Source: a bacterium
GTDB lineage: Bacteria; Bdellovibrionota_C; UBA2361; OMII01
Assembly: GCA_017853915.1 (NCBI GenBank)
Contig: JAFMIS010000001.1
Location: 2,010 to 66,009, forward strand
DNA: 64,000 bases
Direction: 5' to 3'
The translations under genes were made by a program, and so were the position numbers. This document shows positions 21,182 through 30,046 of this stretch, in pieces. Below the pieces are notes generated by a model. It was not told where the DNA came from, searched no databases, and saw nothing but the letters and a program-made list of their open reading frames with translations. Each line of letters starts with the position of its first letter. Position 1 is the first letter of the stretch.

Positions 21182-22078
21182 ATGCGGCTTTCGCCTCACA
21201 CCCTCAAACTACTCGATGCCTTGGCGCTTCGCTCCAGGCGATCATTTTATGGTATGCGACAGGGCGCTCACCGCTCGCAGCGCCGCGGCCACGGGGTGGA
21301 ATTCGCTGAGTATCGAAATTACGAGTTAGGAGACAACCCACGGGCGATTGATTGGAACCTCTTTAGCCGTAGCGACAAGCTCTACGTGAAGCGTTATTTG
21401 GAGGAGGAGAACGTTGAGCTTTATATCATCCTTGATGGATCGAGGTCTCTCACCCACACTTCACTACGCCTTAAATGGGATCTGGCGACCCGCATCGCCG
21501 CCTGCGCCTCGTATATCGCTCTCGCTACTCAGGATCCCGTCACCATCGCCGTGCTCGGTGGCCCAAACAGCACCAGTTACTGGGGCGGCCGCGCGTTCGC
21601 TCCATTGCTTCAGTTCCTCAACGCCGCGACAGAGTATGTCGTGTCGGATGCCCCAGAGAATATCGATGTTGTCGACGAGGCTCGGCGCGCGGCAACCCGA
21701 ACTCGCTTTCCTGGAATATGTCTCGTGATATCGGATTTTCTTTTTCCAACCCCCTCTATCGCGGCAACTCTCGCTAGCTTCCGGGCGCGAAACATGGAGA
21801 TTCACGCTATTCAAGTGTTAGGCCCACTCGACTCAACCCTCACTAATCTCGAGGGATCCTCGGCGTGTCTGGATAGCGAAACCGGTGAGGCTCGTGGAAT
21901 TGAGATCTCGGGGGCAGCCGAAGAAACGTACTCGCGACTCCTTGTAGAGCACAATGAGGCCCTGCGAAGCCATTGCCTCTCAAACCAGATATCGTATGTC
22001 TCGACCACCCTTACCGATGACGTTCAGCTTGAGGACGTGGCTATCGACACCATTAAGCGGATGGGTCTCTTCGTATGA
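21182..22078 (+). CDS. DUF58 domain protein
   Basis: G.G.EFAEYR.Y..GD..R.IDW, DGSRS, VISDFL. Confidence 0.92.
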   Translation: MRLSPHTLKLLDALALRSRRSFYGMRQGAHRSQRRGHGVEFAEYRNYELGDNPRAIDWNLFSRSDKLYVKRYLEEENVELYIILDGSRSLTHTSLRLKWDLATRIAACASYIALATQDPVTIAVLGGPNSTSYWGGRAFAPLLQFLNAATEYVVSDAPENIDVVDEARRAATRTRFPGICLVISDFLFPTPSIAATLASFRARNMEIHAIQVLGPLDSTLTNLEGSSACLDSETGEARGIEISGAAEETYSRLLVEHNEALRSHCLSNQISYVSTTLTDDVQLEDVAIDTIKRMGLFV

Positions 22079-23928
22079 TTACCATCTTCGGATCAACCAT
22101 CGGAGCTATCTTTCCACTGCTCCTCACAGCGATCCCTCTTGGAGTTGGACTGCTCGTGTATATATTCCGACGCAGGGGCCTCAACGCGCCGCGAGTGGTC
22201 TCTACTTTTTTTCTCCTCGCGAAACTTCCCCAGCGCCTCACCGCCCGGCGGTCATTTGTTCCTCCGCTTCAATTTTGGTTAGAGCTCCTCATTCTCTCTT
22301 TTCTCGCCCTCGCGGCAGCGGGCCTATTCCTTTCGAGCAGCACTTCCCGAATAGTCGTGGTGATCGATTCTTCCAAGAGCATGGCGAGTCTCTCCAGGGA
22401 TGGAGAATCACGCCTTCAAACAGCGAAGCGTCTCGCCCGACTTGATATTACCCTCGACAGCGCCACCTCTCGTTTTACCGTTTTCGCCGCTCATAACGGA
22501 CTGGTTCCCATCTCCACGCCACGCGTCTCGGCGCCAGCCGCTCTTGAGTCCCTCGGATCTCTCCCGCAAAGCTTCCATTCTGACAACCTAACGTCGGCGA
22601 TCGCGCCGCTCATCGCTTCTCCCGAGTACGACGCTGTCTGGATCTATACAGATAAAGTGGTTGCTACCCCATCCTCACCAAGCGCCTTACGAGTAGTATC
22701 TATTCCGCACAACTCAGAGAATCTAACGAATGTTTGGATTCGCTCGCTCGAGGCTACGGCATCACCAAATGGATCATCAATTGGAGCCGAGGTTGTATCC
22801 TCAAGTCCGGCGCCTCTGCGTATAGACGTATCTGCATCGTGTGTCACCTCGGACTCTTCGCGCGCGACTCCGATTGGGCCCGTATCTGTGTCACTCGCCC
22901 CAAAACAATCTACCCTTGTGATACTCGCTCCTCTCCCTGAAGCGTGGAGCCACTGCAAGGTTTCCGCCTCTCCTCACGACGCGTCTCAAACAGACGCCCT
23001 CGCGCTTGACAACGACGCATGGATAGCCCGCCCCTCTAAGGATGACTCCGTTGTGCTCGCCAGCGCGCTTTCCGGGCCTCAACTTGGCCTCAACGCCCTC
23101 CCCGGGCTAACCCTCCGCTCCCGACAACCAACTGAGAACCTCTCGGATCAGCGCGCGATATATCACCGAGTATCACCAGCTTCGATCCCCCACGCCCCCT
23201 CGCTCGTAGTTTTTCCTCCTCCGGGCGCGCTCGCGTGGTCCGGGGCCACCGTCGCTCAGCCCGCGCACTCCGACTCTCCTGTCACGCGCTGGGCGGAATC
23301 TCACCCGCTGCTGCGCTACGTGCAACCGGCTCTCCTTGTTATTCCTGAGTACTCCCTGCTTGAGTGCCCCGACTCCGCGACGCCGATTTTATTCTCTCCG
23401 CGTGGAGCCATCGCCTGCGCCGGCGAAGAGCAGGGAGCCAGATATGTAATCACTGGGTTCGAGCTTTTTCCATTCGATGGCATCCGCTCCGCGACGTTGA
23501 GTGTTCTCACCCTCAACATGATTCGCTGGCTTTTTGATGATGTAGCCGGAGGCTCTCGCCAAGGATCTCTTGGCGCCGCTACGCTCCCGGCCACCATATC
23601 CTCAGCCAGCATGGTAGCGCCTACCACGCGAGAATTAACGTTGACCGGTAGGTCGGTGTCGATCGATGAGCCTGGCGTTGTTGCCTTCACCTCAAACTCG
23701 GGCACGCTAAATACCGCAACGCTTCGGGCCTTCAACGCCTTCTCAGATTCGGAATCAGAGATATCGAACGTCTCGACGTTGGAGCTCTCGAATGTGCCCG
23801 CGAGGAACAGCTCATCAAAACGTGAAGATATTCCACTTGAAAGGCTCCTTGCCGCCGCTGCCCTTGTCCTCTTATGTCTCGATCTCATCCGTCGCCTGCG
23901 AAGTCGCTCTGTGTGGGGCCGTATATGA
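22075..23928 (+). CDS. BatA-like / vWA domain membrane protein
   Basis: BatA-type N-terminal TM hairpin, MIDAS DSSKSM, C-terminal TM. Confidence 0.82.
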   Translation: MITIFGSTIGAIFPLLLTAIPLGVGLLVYIFRRRGLNAPRVVSTFFLLAKLPQRLTARRSFVPPLQFWLELLILSFLALAAAGLFLSSSTSRIVVVIDSSKSMASLSRDGESRLQTAKRLARLDITLDSATSRFTVFAAHNGLVPISTPRVSAPAALESLGSLPQSFHSDNLTSAIAPLIASPEYDAVWIYTDKVVATPSSPSALRVVSIPHNSENLTNVWIRSLEATASPNGSSIGAEVVSSSPAPLRIDVSASCVTSDSSRATPIGPVSVSLAPKQSTLVILAPLPEAWSHCKVSASPHDASQTDALALDNDAWIARPSKDDSVVLASALSGPQLGLNALPGLTLRSRQPTENLSDQRAIYHRVSPASIPHAPSLVVFPPPGALAWSGATVAQPAHSDSPVTRWAESHPLLRYVQPALLVIPEYSLLECPDSATPILFSPRGAIACAGEEQGARYVITGFELFPFDGIRSATLSVLTLNMIRWLFDDVAGGSRQGSLGAATLPATISSASMVAPTTRELTLTGRSVSIDEPGVVAFTSNSGTLNTATLRAFNAFSDSESEISNVSTLELSNVPARNSSSKREDIPLERLLAAAALVLLCLDLIRRLRSRSVWGRI

Positions 23929-26507
23929 GGTTACTTAATCCATCGCTGATCCTACTTACCCTACCGATTTTCATCGCAATAGGATGGACTCTTAGGAAGC
24001 GCTCAGCGCGAGACCTGCGCTCCATCATCGCGGCTATGTTCCGCGCCCTGACGTGCACAGCGGTTGTGATAGCTCTCGCTGGACCGTTTAGACAACATGA
24101 ACGTCCCGCCGACACACTTATCGCGCTCCTCGATGTTTCAGCGAGTATATCTCAACGCCAAGGCGAGGAGCTTCTTTCGAAGGCACACGGATTGGCGCGA
24201 GCGCTCGGCGTTCCTCTCTCTATCGTGCCGTTCGCGAAAAATGTCGGAACAGCGGCGATTCCTAGCCAATCAAGCGATAGTTACTCCGCGATCAGGCAAA
24301 GCTGGGAGAAGCTCGATTCGGGTGGCTCAAATCTTGAGAAGGCTCTTCTTTTTCCAGAGACGCAGTCGGTTGCGCTACTCCTATCTGATGGATATGAGAC
24401 CGTCGGCAAGGCTACCAACGCGACAGGATTGTCTCGACGCGCGCTCTTTCCTCTGACTGCTCCCGGGGAATCGAGCGATGAAGAGATCTCCGTATCCCAG
24501 CTACGGGCGCCACTTACGGTAAAAGCCCAAAAAAGTGTCGACATACGGGCAACCGTTACAAATCGTCGCGCCACCCCGCAAAATGGGACACTTGAGCTCT
24601 CGCACGGCGACAAAGTTATCATGACCCGAGCGGTTACGATCCCAGCTCAGCAAGACCTCTCTGTCATCGCCCAGAGCGATCCGGCTCTTGAGGGCCTCCA
24701 TACTATACAAGCCACATTTTCATGGCGTGACAGCTCGGGTGAGCACGCTTCGACACGCGCTATTTGGCTCTCCGGAGAGAAGCGAGATCGTGTCCTCGTG
24801 CTATCCGGGCTCGCTGAAGATGAGCGCTACCTCGCGCAGATTCTCAAGTCGCAGAGTTACCAACTCCAAACACTGCAAGCGGGCGCGTCGTTTGACTCGA
24901 ACATTCATTCCTCTGATTTCCGAGCAATCATACTGAATAATATATCGTATAGTGACCTCCCAAACTCCCTGAGAACATCGCTGGGAAGCTACGTTCGCGG
25001 TGGTGGCGGTCTGGTGATGATCGGTGGAAATCGCAGCTTCGGCCTCGGAGGCTACATCGGTTCAGCGATTGAGGAGCTTCTCCCGGTGCGCCTCGTTCAG
25101 CCGCACCAAGAGAAAAAACGCCTCAATCTCGCGGTGCAGCTTGTTATCGACAAATCTCGCAGCATGTCTACCGACAATCGACTTGAGTTTGCCAAGGCCG
25201 CCGCAGAGGAGGTTGTTCGATCTTTGAAGGATGATGATTACCTTGGTGTGATCGGTTTTGATGACGTTCCTTTCATCGCTCTCCCGATCTCGCAGGTACG
25301 ATCCGTGCGAGATTCCGCGCTGACTCGAATAAGCCGCCTCTTCCCGACTAGCCGTACCAACCTCTATCCAGCGCTCGATGAGGCTCGGCGAGGTCTTGCT
25401 CGGGTCAACGCTGGAAGAAAGCACGCCATAGTGCTCACGGATGGCAAGCTTCCCGATCCCGGTCCGTACTACTTTGAGCTGATTAAGCAGATGAGGCTGC
25501 TCGGGATCACCGTCTCAACGGTTATGGTCGGCTCGGATGCTGACGATGGATTCCTGGCTCGTATGGCTGAGAGTGGGGGTGGAGCTTTCTATCAGACGAC
25601 CGATCCTAGTAATCTCCCCAAAGTATTTCTCTCGGATATCAAGGTCGCCAGTGGAGAGAAAACGTTGAAAGAGGAGCCGGATCTACCTGTGAGAGCTGGT
25701 CCCGATCCTCGCGTTTCGACCGACATCGCCTCGTTTCCACCACTGCGTGGATTCGTCGAGACGCTCCAGCGAGATTCGGCAAAGACAGAGCTCGTCATTA
25801 CTGACACTGAGGGCACATATCCACTGCTGGCCTCCTGGTCAGTGGGGCAGGGGAGAGTACTCGCCTTTACCTCTGATGCTAACGGCCGGTGGTCAGCGCC
25901 CTGGATGCGATGGGAGCGTATTCAGGAGTTTTGGTCCGATCTGATCGAGTCATCACGAAAAAAACGCGCCGCGAAGGAGATCGATATCCCTTTTGAGCTT
26001 CGCTCGTGGGTTGAGGGAGATGAGGCCATAATTGATCTCTCGCTTTTTGAGGAATTTGGTGGCGGAGAAGTTAAAGCAAAGATCGTGTCACCAACCGGAG
26101 ATGCCACAACCGTCTCGTTCTCTGAGATCAAGCGCGGGCACTTCCAGGCACGCCTCCCTCAAGCGACCGCGGGCACATACCGCGCCACCCTCGTGCTCGG
26201 CGAAGCGACACTTCCTGAGGTCGCCTGGAACCTCTCAGGTGAGCTTTTTGGAGAACGTTCATACCGCAAGCCAAACCTTTCGCTCCTAAGCGAGCTTGCC
26301 TCCGCGTCTGGTGGAAAACTTGATCCATCGAGCGAGGACCTTAAACCGCTCCTCAAACAAACAAGCGACATGGAGCCCTTAGGCCGTTTATTCCTTATGT
26401 TTGCCCTGGTCACGATGCTAGCCGAGATCGCTCTTCGAGCCCTCAAGCCTAAACGCGCTCGCTACTCGTACACAACGGCGACGACAGACCAACGACGCGC
26501 AGCGTAG
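23925..26507 (+). CDS. vWA + glutamine amidotransferase-like domain membrane protein
   Basis: Two MIDAS motifs (DVSASI, DKSRSM), LSDG/LTDG, GGGLVMIGG..SFG.GGY, G.GRV..F.SD. Confidence 0.86.
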   Translation: MRLLNPSLILLTLPIFIAIGWTLRKRSARDLRSIIAAMFRALTCTAVVIALAGPFRQHERPADTLIALLDVSASISQRQGEELLSKAHGLARALGVPLSIVPFAKNVGTAAIPSQSSDSYSAIRQSWEKLDSGGSNLEKALLFPETQSVALLLSDGYETVGKATNATGLSRRALFPLTAPGESSDEEISVSQLRAPLTVKAQKSVDIRATVTNRRATPQNGTLELSHGDKVIMTRAVTIPAQQDLSVIAQSDPALEGLHTIQATFSWRDSSGEHASTRAIWLSGEKRDRVLVLSGLAEDERYLAQILKSQSYQLQTLQAGASFDSNIHSSDFRAIILNNISYSDLPNSLRTSLGSYVRGGGGLVMIGGNRSFGLGGYIGSAIEELLPVRLVQPHQEKKRLNLAVQLVIDKSRSMSTDNRLEFAKAAAEEVVRSLKDDDYLGVIGFDDVPFIALPISQVRSVRDSALTRISRLFPTSRTNLYPALDEARRGLARVNAGRKHAIVLTDGKLPDPGPYYFELIKQMRLLGITVSTVMVGSDADDGFLARMAESGGGAFYQTTDPSNLPKVFLSDIKVASGEKTLKEEPDLPVRAGPDPRVSTDIASFPPLRGFVETLQRDSAKTELVITDTEGTYPLLASWSVGQGRVLAFTSDANGRWSAPWMRWERIQEFWSDLIESSRKKRAAKEIDIPFELRSWVEGDEAIIDLSLFEEFGGGEVKAKIVSPTGDATTVSFSEIKRGHFQARLPQATAGTYRATLVLGEATLPEVAWNLSGELFGERSYRKPNLSLLSELASASGGKLDPSSEDLKPLLKQTSDMEPLGRLFLMFALVTMLAEIALRALKPKRARYSYTTATTDQRRAA

Positions 26508-28003
26508 GGTGCGGCGCGTCCTAGCTCTCTCCAACCTGCAGGAAGAGCGCTGAGATCCTCCTCTCGGACCAGAAAGACTCGGCCGATCTCGGGGCGTATC
26601 GACGACGCGTTCTGTTCCCCGCGTAGATCAGGCTTCAAGCTCTGGCGGTAGATTCCCTCCACATTAAAGCGTCCTTGGACTGGATTTGAACGTCCAGAGA
26701 TGGAATTTCCAACCACGCTAAAAGATTGATAGCTCTCACGTAGTCGCTCGGTAAGCAGATCCAGCTCTAGTCTCTCAGTATCATCCCTGACTACCCGCGT
26801 GTGACGCTCTAGAGCGCGCGAAAAATGGGCTATTGATACGCCACTAGGAATCAAAATCAGAAGAGAAAGCATTACCCATCGCGCAAGCGCCCACGCGACG
26901 CGCTCACGTATCTCGCGCGCGAGGTAAAGGGTGCCGAACACGGCCACCATACAGGTAAAAGGTAGAAATGGATTGAGGTACCACGGCACTCGCGACGCTG
27001 AGCAGGAATACAGAACTACCGGCGCAAAACTCCACACCAATATAAAACGATATCGGGCATCACGGCGCGCTCCAAGGCATGCTCCCACACAGCCCACCAG
27101 CAAGAGAAGATGGGGAGCGGCAGCACCGCGAACAAAGAGATACCATCCATAGAAGCCGGGCCTTCCTGTATTGTGACCCGTAAAACCCTCTACGGCGCGA
27201 TCGATTATCTCAACGCCCAAGAATGTTTTCAGCGCCTCAACACCGCCCGCGACCACGAGAACCATCAGATACCCAGCAAACACAATGAAGGGAATAAGAA
27301 GGAAGAGCGCCTGCTTCGTTCTCAGTCGAGCCACGCGTGCCACCCCGATAGCCATCGCGGCGCATCCAAGAGGCACAAATCCTGCCACGCTCTTTGTCAG
27401 CACACCCAAGCTGGATAACACCCCGATAGTAAGCAACCTGCTTGCTTGCTCTGTGCGGTCTCCGCCCTCCTCAATCTCCCGCCACGAAAACCACGCGATT
27501 CCCAGCGTCAAAACCGTCAACAAACCATCGAGCACTACCGTTCGAAAACTGTGGTGAGAGATCATCCATTCCGGCATACCCAGTGTTAGCAATCCCACTG
27601 AGCATGCGGCCACAAACGACCCAAATATCCGAAACGCCAGTGCCACCGTCAGGGCAACAGCGAGGCATCCTAGAAGAGCATCGAGCAGCCGATAACTAAG
27701 ATTACTCTCGCCGAAGACAAGCGGCGCCACGGCATTAAGCCAGAGCTTTAACGGGGGTTTCTCGAAAGAAAGTGAATTGCCATGTCGCAGAGGAAACCAC
27801 GATCCATCATGTAGGATCCCCTGAGTAACACGAACATAGATAACCTCATCAGAGGCCACCGAGATCGAGTGCTCTCCCGCGTTCCCGACAAAGAGCCCAA
27901 GAGACAGCAATGACAGGACAACCGCCCCAACCACGCACACCAACGTGTGACCGACCCGGTGTAGTTTACGATCTGCCGCTCCCATGTCCCTCATCGTGCC
28001 CAA
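26462..28003 (-). CDS. ArnT/PMT-family (GT-C) membrane glycosyltransferase
   Basis: SDE..Y, FEKPPL..W, LTKS, many TM helices; start uncertain. Confidence 0.85.
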   Translation of the reverse strand: MGTMRDMGAADRKLHRVGHTLVCVVGAVVLSLLSLGLFVGNAGEHSISVASDEVIYVRVTQGILHDGSWFPLRHGNSLSFEKPPLKLWLNAVAPLVFGESNLSYRLLDALLGCLAVALTVALAFRIFGSFVAACSVGLLTLGMPEWMISHHSFRTVVLDGLLTVLTLGIAWFSWREIEEGGDRTEQASRLLTIGVLSSLGVLTKSVAGFVPLGCAAMAIGVARVARLRTKQALFLLIPFIVFAGYLMVLVVAGGVEALKTFLGVEIIDRAVEGFTGHNTGRPGFYGWYLFVRGAAAPHLLLLVGCVGACLGARRDARYRFILVWSFAPVVLYSCSASRVPWYLNPFLPFTCMVAVFGTLYLAREIRERVAWALARWVMLSLLILIPSGVSIAHFSRALERHTRVVRDDTERLELDLLTERLRESYQSFSVVGNSISGRSNPVQGRFNVEGIYRQSLKPDLRGEQNASSIRPEIGRVFLVREEDLSALPAGWRELGRAAPYAARRWSVVAVVYE

Positions 28004-28120
28004 AGCTAATCACGGCGTCCATCCATCCTGACAGTAAAATTTCTTTTCTATCGAGGCCCCAGATAGGGTACAACGGTAGTGAGTGGCAGCAGAGAAACCC
28101 TCTTTCGTATAGGACGCTCC

Positions 28121-28771
28121 ATGCAGAAACCTTTCACTATTTACTTCGCTGGCGAACTTTTCTCCATGAAACACCTGGTGGGGAACGCGCTCCTTGCGGA
28201 CGCTCTCCTGAGAGGCTCTCGTGGCACCTATCGTTGTTTTGTTCCTCAAGACCACGAACAGCGGGAGACGACTCCTACCGCGATCCGCAATCAAGATCTT
28301 TTTCATGTCGCCTCAAGTGATCTTGGGCTCTTTCATTTTGATGGTCCGGAGCTCGATTCGGGCACCGTGGTGGAGTTTGTAGTCGCCAAGATGCTCGATA
28401 TTCCCTCTGTTATTCTACGCTCCGATTTTCGGCTCGGTGGAGACGCCCGCACCCTGCCGTGGAACCTCATGGTAGCCGACTACCCACGAACAGAGGTCCT
28501 GCTCCTTGATAGCATCAGCCTCTACCAGCGCGGATTACATCAGGAGGGCCTCTCCCCAACCGACGCGGCCCTCACCGCGACCTCCCAGTTGGCTGACATG
28601 GTGATAGCGGCGCTCGACAAAGTTCGGGTCACGCCACCTCTACTGACTCCCGCGCAGAAACGCTCGGCATATGAACTCCTGCAAGTGATGGCTGGAGGAA
28701 ATTTTGATAAGCTTCTCACCGCTCAGAAGATTGAGTCGCTCATATCCTCGAAACTGGAGCGCGGACTATGA
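28121..28771 (+). CDS. Nucleoside 2-deoxyribosyltransferase / nucleotide N-hydrolase family protein
   Basis: IYFAGELFS, F.PQD, DG.ELDSGT.VE, R.DFR. Confidence 0.88.
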   Translation: MQKPFTIYFAGELFSMKHLVGNALLADALLRGSRGTYRCFVPQDHEQRETTPTAIRNQDLFHVASSDLGLFHFDGPELDSGTVVEFVVAKMLDIPSVILRSDFRLGGDARTLPWNLMVADYPRTEVLLLDSISLYQRGLHQEGLSPTDAALTATSQLADMVIAALDKVRVTPPLLTPAQKRSAYELLQVMAGGNFDKLLTAQKIESLISSKLERGL

Positions 28772-29760
28772 AGAACGCTCGTATAGCGGTGCTCGGAAGT
28801 TTTGTGCAGGACCTCGCGTTCTCCGTTGACTCCTTCCCGCAGCCTGGAGCCACCCGAATCGGCCGATTTTTCACTGGGCCAGGAGGCAAGGGATCAAACC
28901 AGGCAGTAGCTGCCCATCGCCAAGGAGTCGAAACTCTTTTTATTGGCGCCGTCGGTGACGATCTGTTCGGTCAAGGGTACAAAGAGTGGTCCTCTCGCGA
29001 GGGGCTCTCCACTTCTCTTGAAACCTTGCGCGATTACCCTACGGGAGCAGCGTCCATCGTGGTCAACGCCCGGGCAGAGAACGCCATCGTCGTAGCGCTC
29101 GGCGCGAACGAGCACCTTACTCCCACGCACACCATAACGGCACTCAACTCGATTGCGAACCCCTCAGTCCTTCTCCTCCAAGCTGAGAGTAGTCTCGAAT
29201 CAGCTGAAGCGGCTCTTCGTTGGGCTCGCGAGCGAGGGGTGCTCTCGATCTTTAATCCAGCTCCGATAAACCCTGATATATCGATCGAATTACTAACCTT
29301 AGCTGACTGCATCACGCCCAACGAAACCGAAGCGGCGTATCTCCTGGAGCGTGTGTCAGGACGGACGTACTCTGAGGATTTTACAAAGCTCTCAGATCAA
29401 TCGATTCGAGAGATCTGTGAGCCACTTCCCTCAGCCACCATTGTGCTGACTCTGGGTGGCGCGGGCTCTCTTCTCTACCAACGTGGCGAACCACACAAAG
29501 CTATGCGAGGTGTCCAAAAGGGTGAGATTGTGAGGACCGAGAGTTTGTCAGTCAACGCGATTGATACAACGGGAGCGGGTGACGCCTTTAACGGCGGCCT
29601 GGCTGCCGGCCTAGCCCGCTTTGAGGGTGATGTTCGCAAGGCGTTGCGGTACGCGACAGTGGTTGCTGGACTCTCAACCACACGACCAGGCACTGCGCCG
29701 GCGATGCCACAGTTTAATGAAGTAGAGGACTATAAAACATTTTACGAAAAAGGAGCGTAG
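28768..29760 (+). CDS. rbsK: Ribokinase (PfkB family)
   Basis: GPGGKGSNQA, G.D.FG, PNETE, DTTGAGDAFNG. Confidence 0.92.
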   Translation: MKNARIAVLGSFVQDLAFSVDSFPQPGATRIGRFFTGPGGKGSNQAVAAHRQGVETLFIGAVGDDLFGQGYKEWSSREGLSTSLETLRDYPTGAASIVVNARAENAIVVALGANEHLTPTHTITALNSIANPSVLLLQAESSLESAEAALRWARERGVLSIFNPAPINPDISIELLTLADCITPNETEAAYLLERVSGRTYSEDFTKLSDQSIREICEPLPSATIVLTLGGAGSLLYQRGEPHKAMRGVQKGEIVRTESLSVNAIDTTGAGDAFNGGLAAGLARFEGDVRKALRYATVVAGLSTTRPGTAPAMPQFNEVEDYKTFYEKGA

Positions 29761-29764
29761 TCGT

Positions 29765-30040
29765 ATGCCATATATCTCGCGCAAAGATCGGAAACAGTAC
29801 CAAGAGGTTCTTAACTCTCTGGCTGAGATCATTCCAAAGGACCGCATGCTACGGCCAGGACATATGAATTACATCGTGAGCCTTTTAATTGAGAAGGTAT
29901 ACGGGTCTGAGATGCGGTACGCTGACCATAACGAGGTCATGGGATTTCTGACGTGCATCGCTCAGGAGTTCTACCGTAGAAAAACCTCTCCCTACGAAGA
30001 CATTAAAATCACAGAGGAGGGGGATCTTACGGATCTCTAA
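29765..30040 (+). CDS. Small conserved protein (DUF6899-like, recalled from memory)
   Basis: MPYI...DR, G.MNY, Y...NEV.G.L.C...EFYRR...PYED.KI...GD pattern. Confidence 0.7.
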   Translation: MPYISRKDRKQYQEVLNSLAEIIPKDRMLRPGHMNYIVSLLIEKVYGSEMRYADHNEVMGFLTCIAQEFYRRKTSPYEDIKITEEGDLTDL

Positions 30041-30046
30041 GCGACC

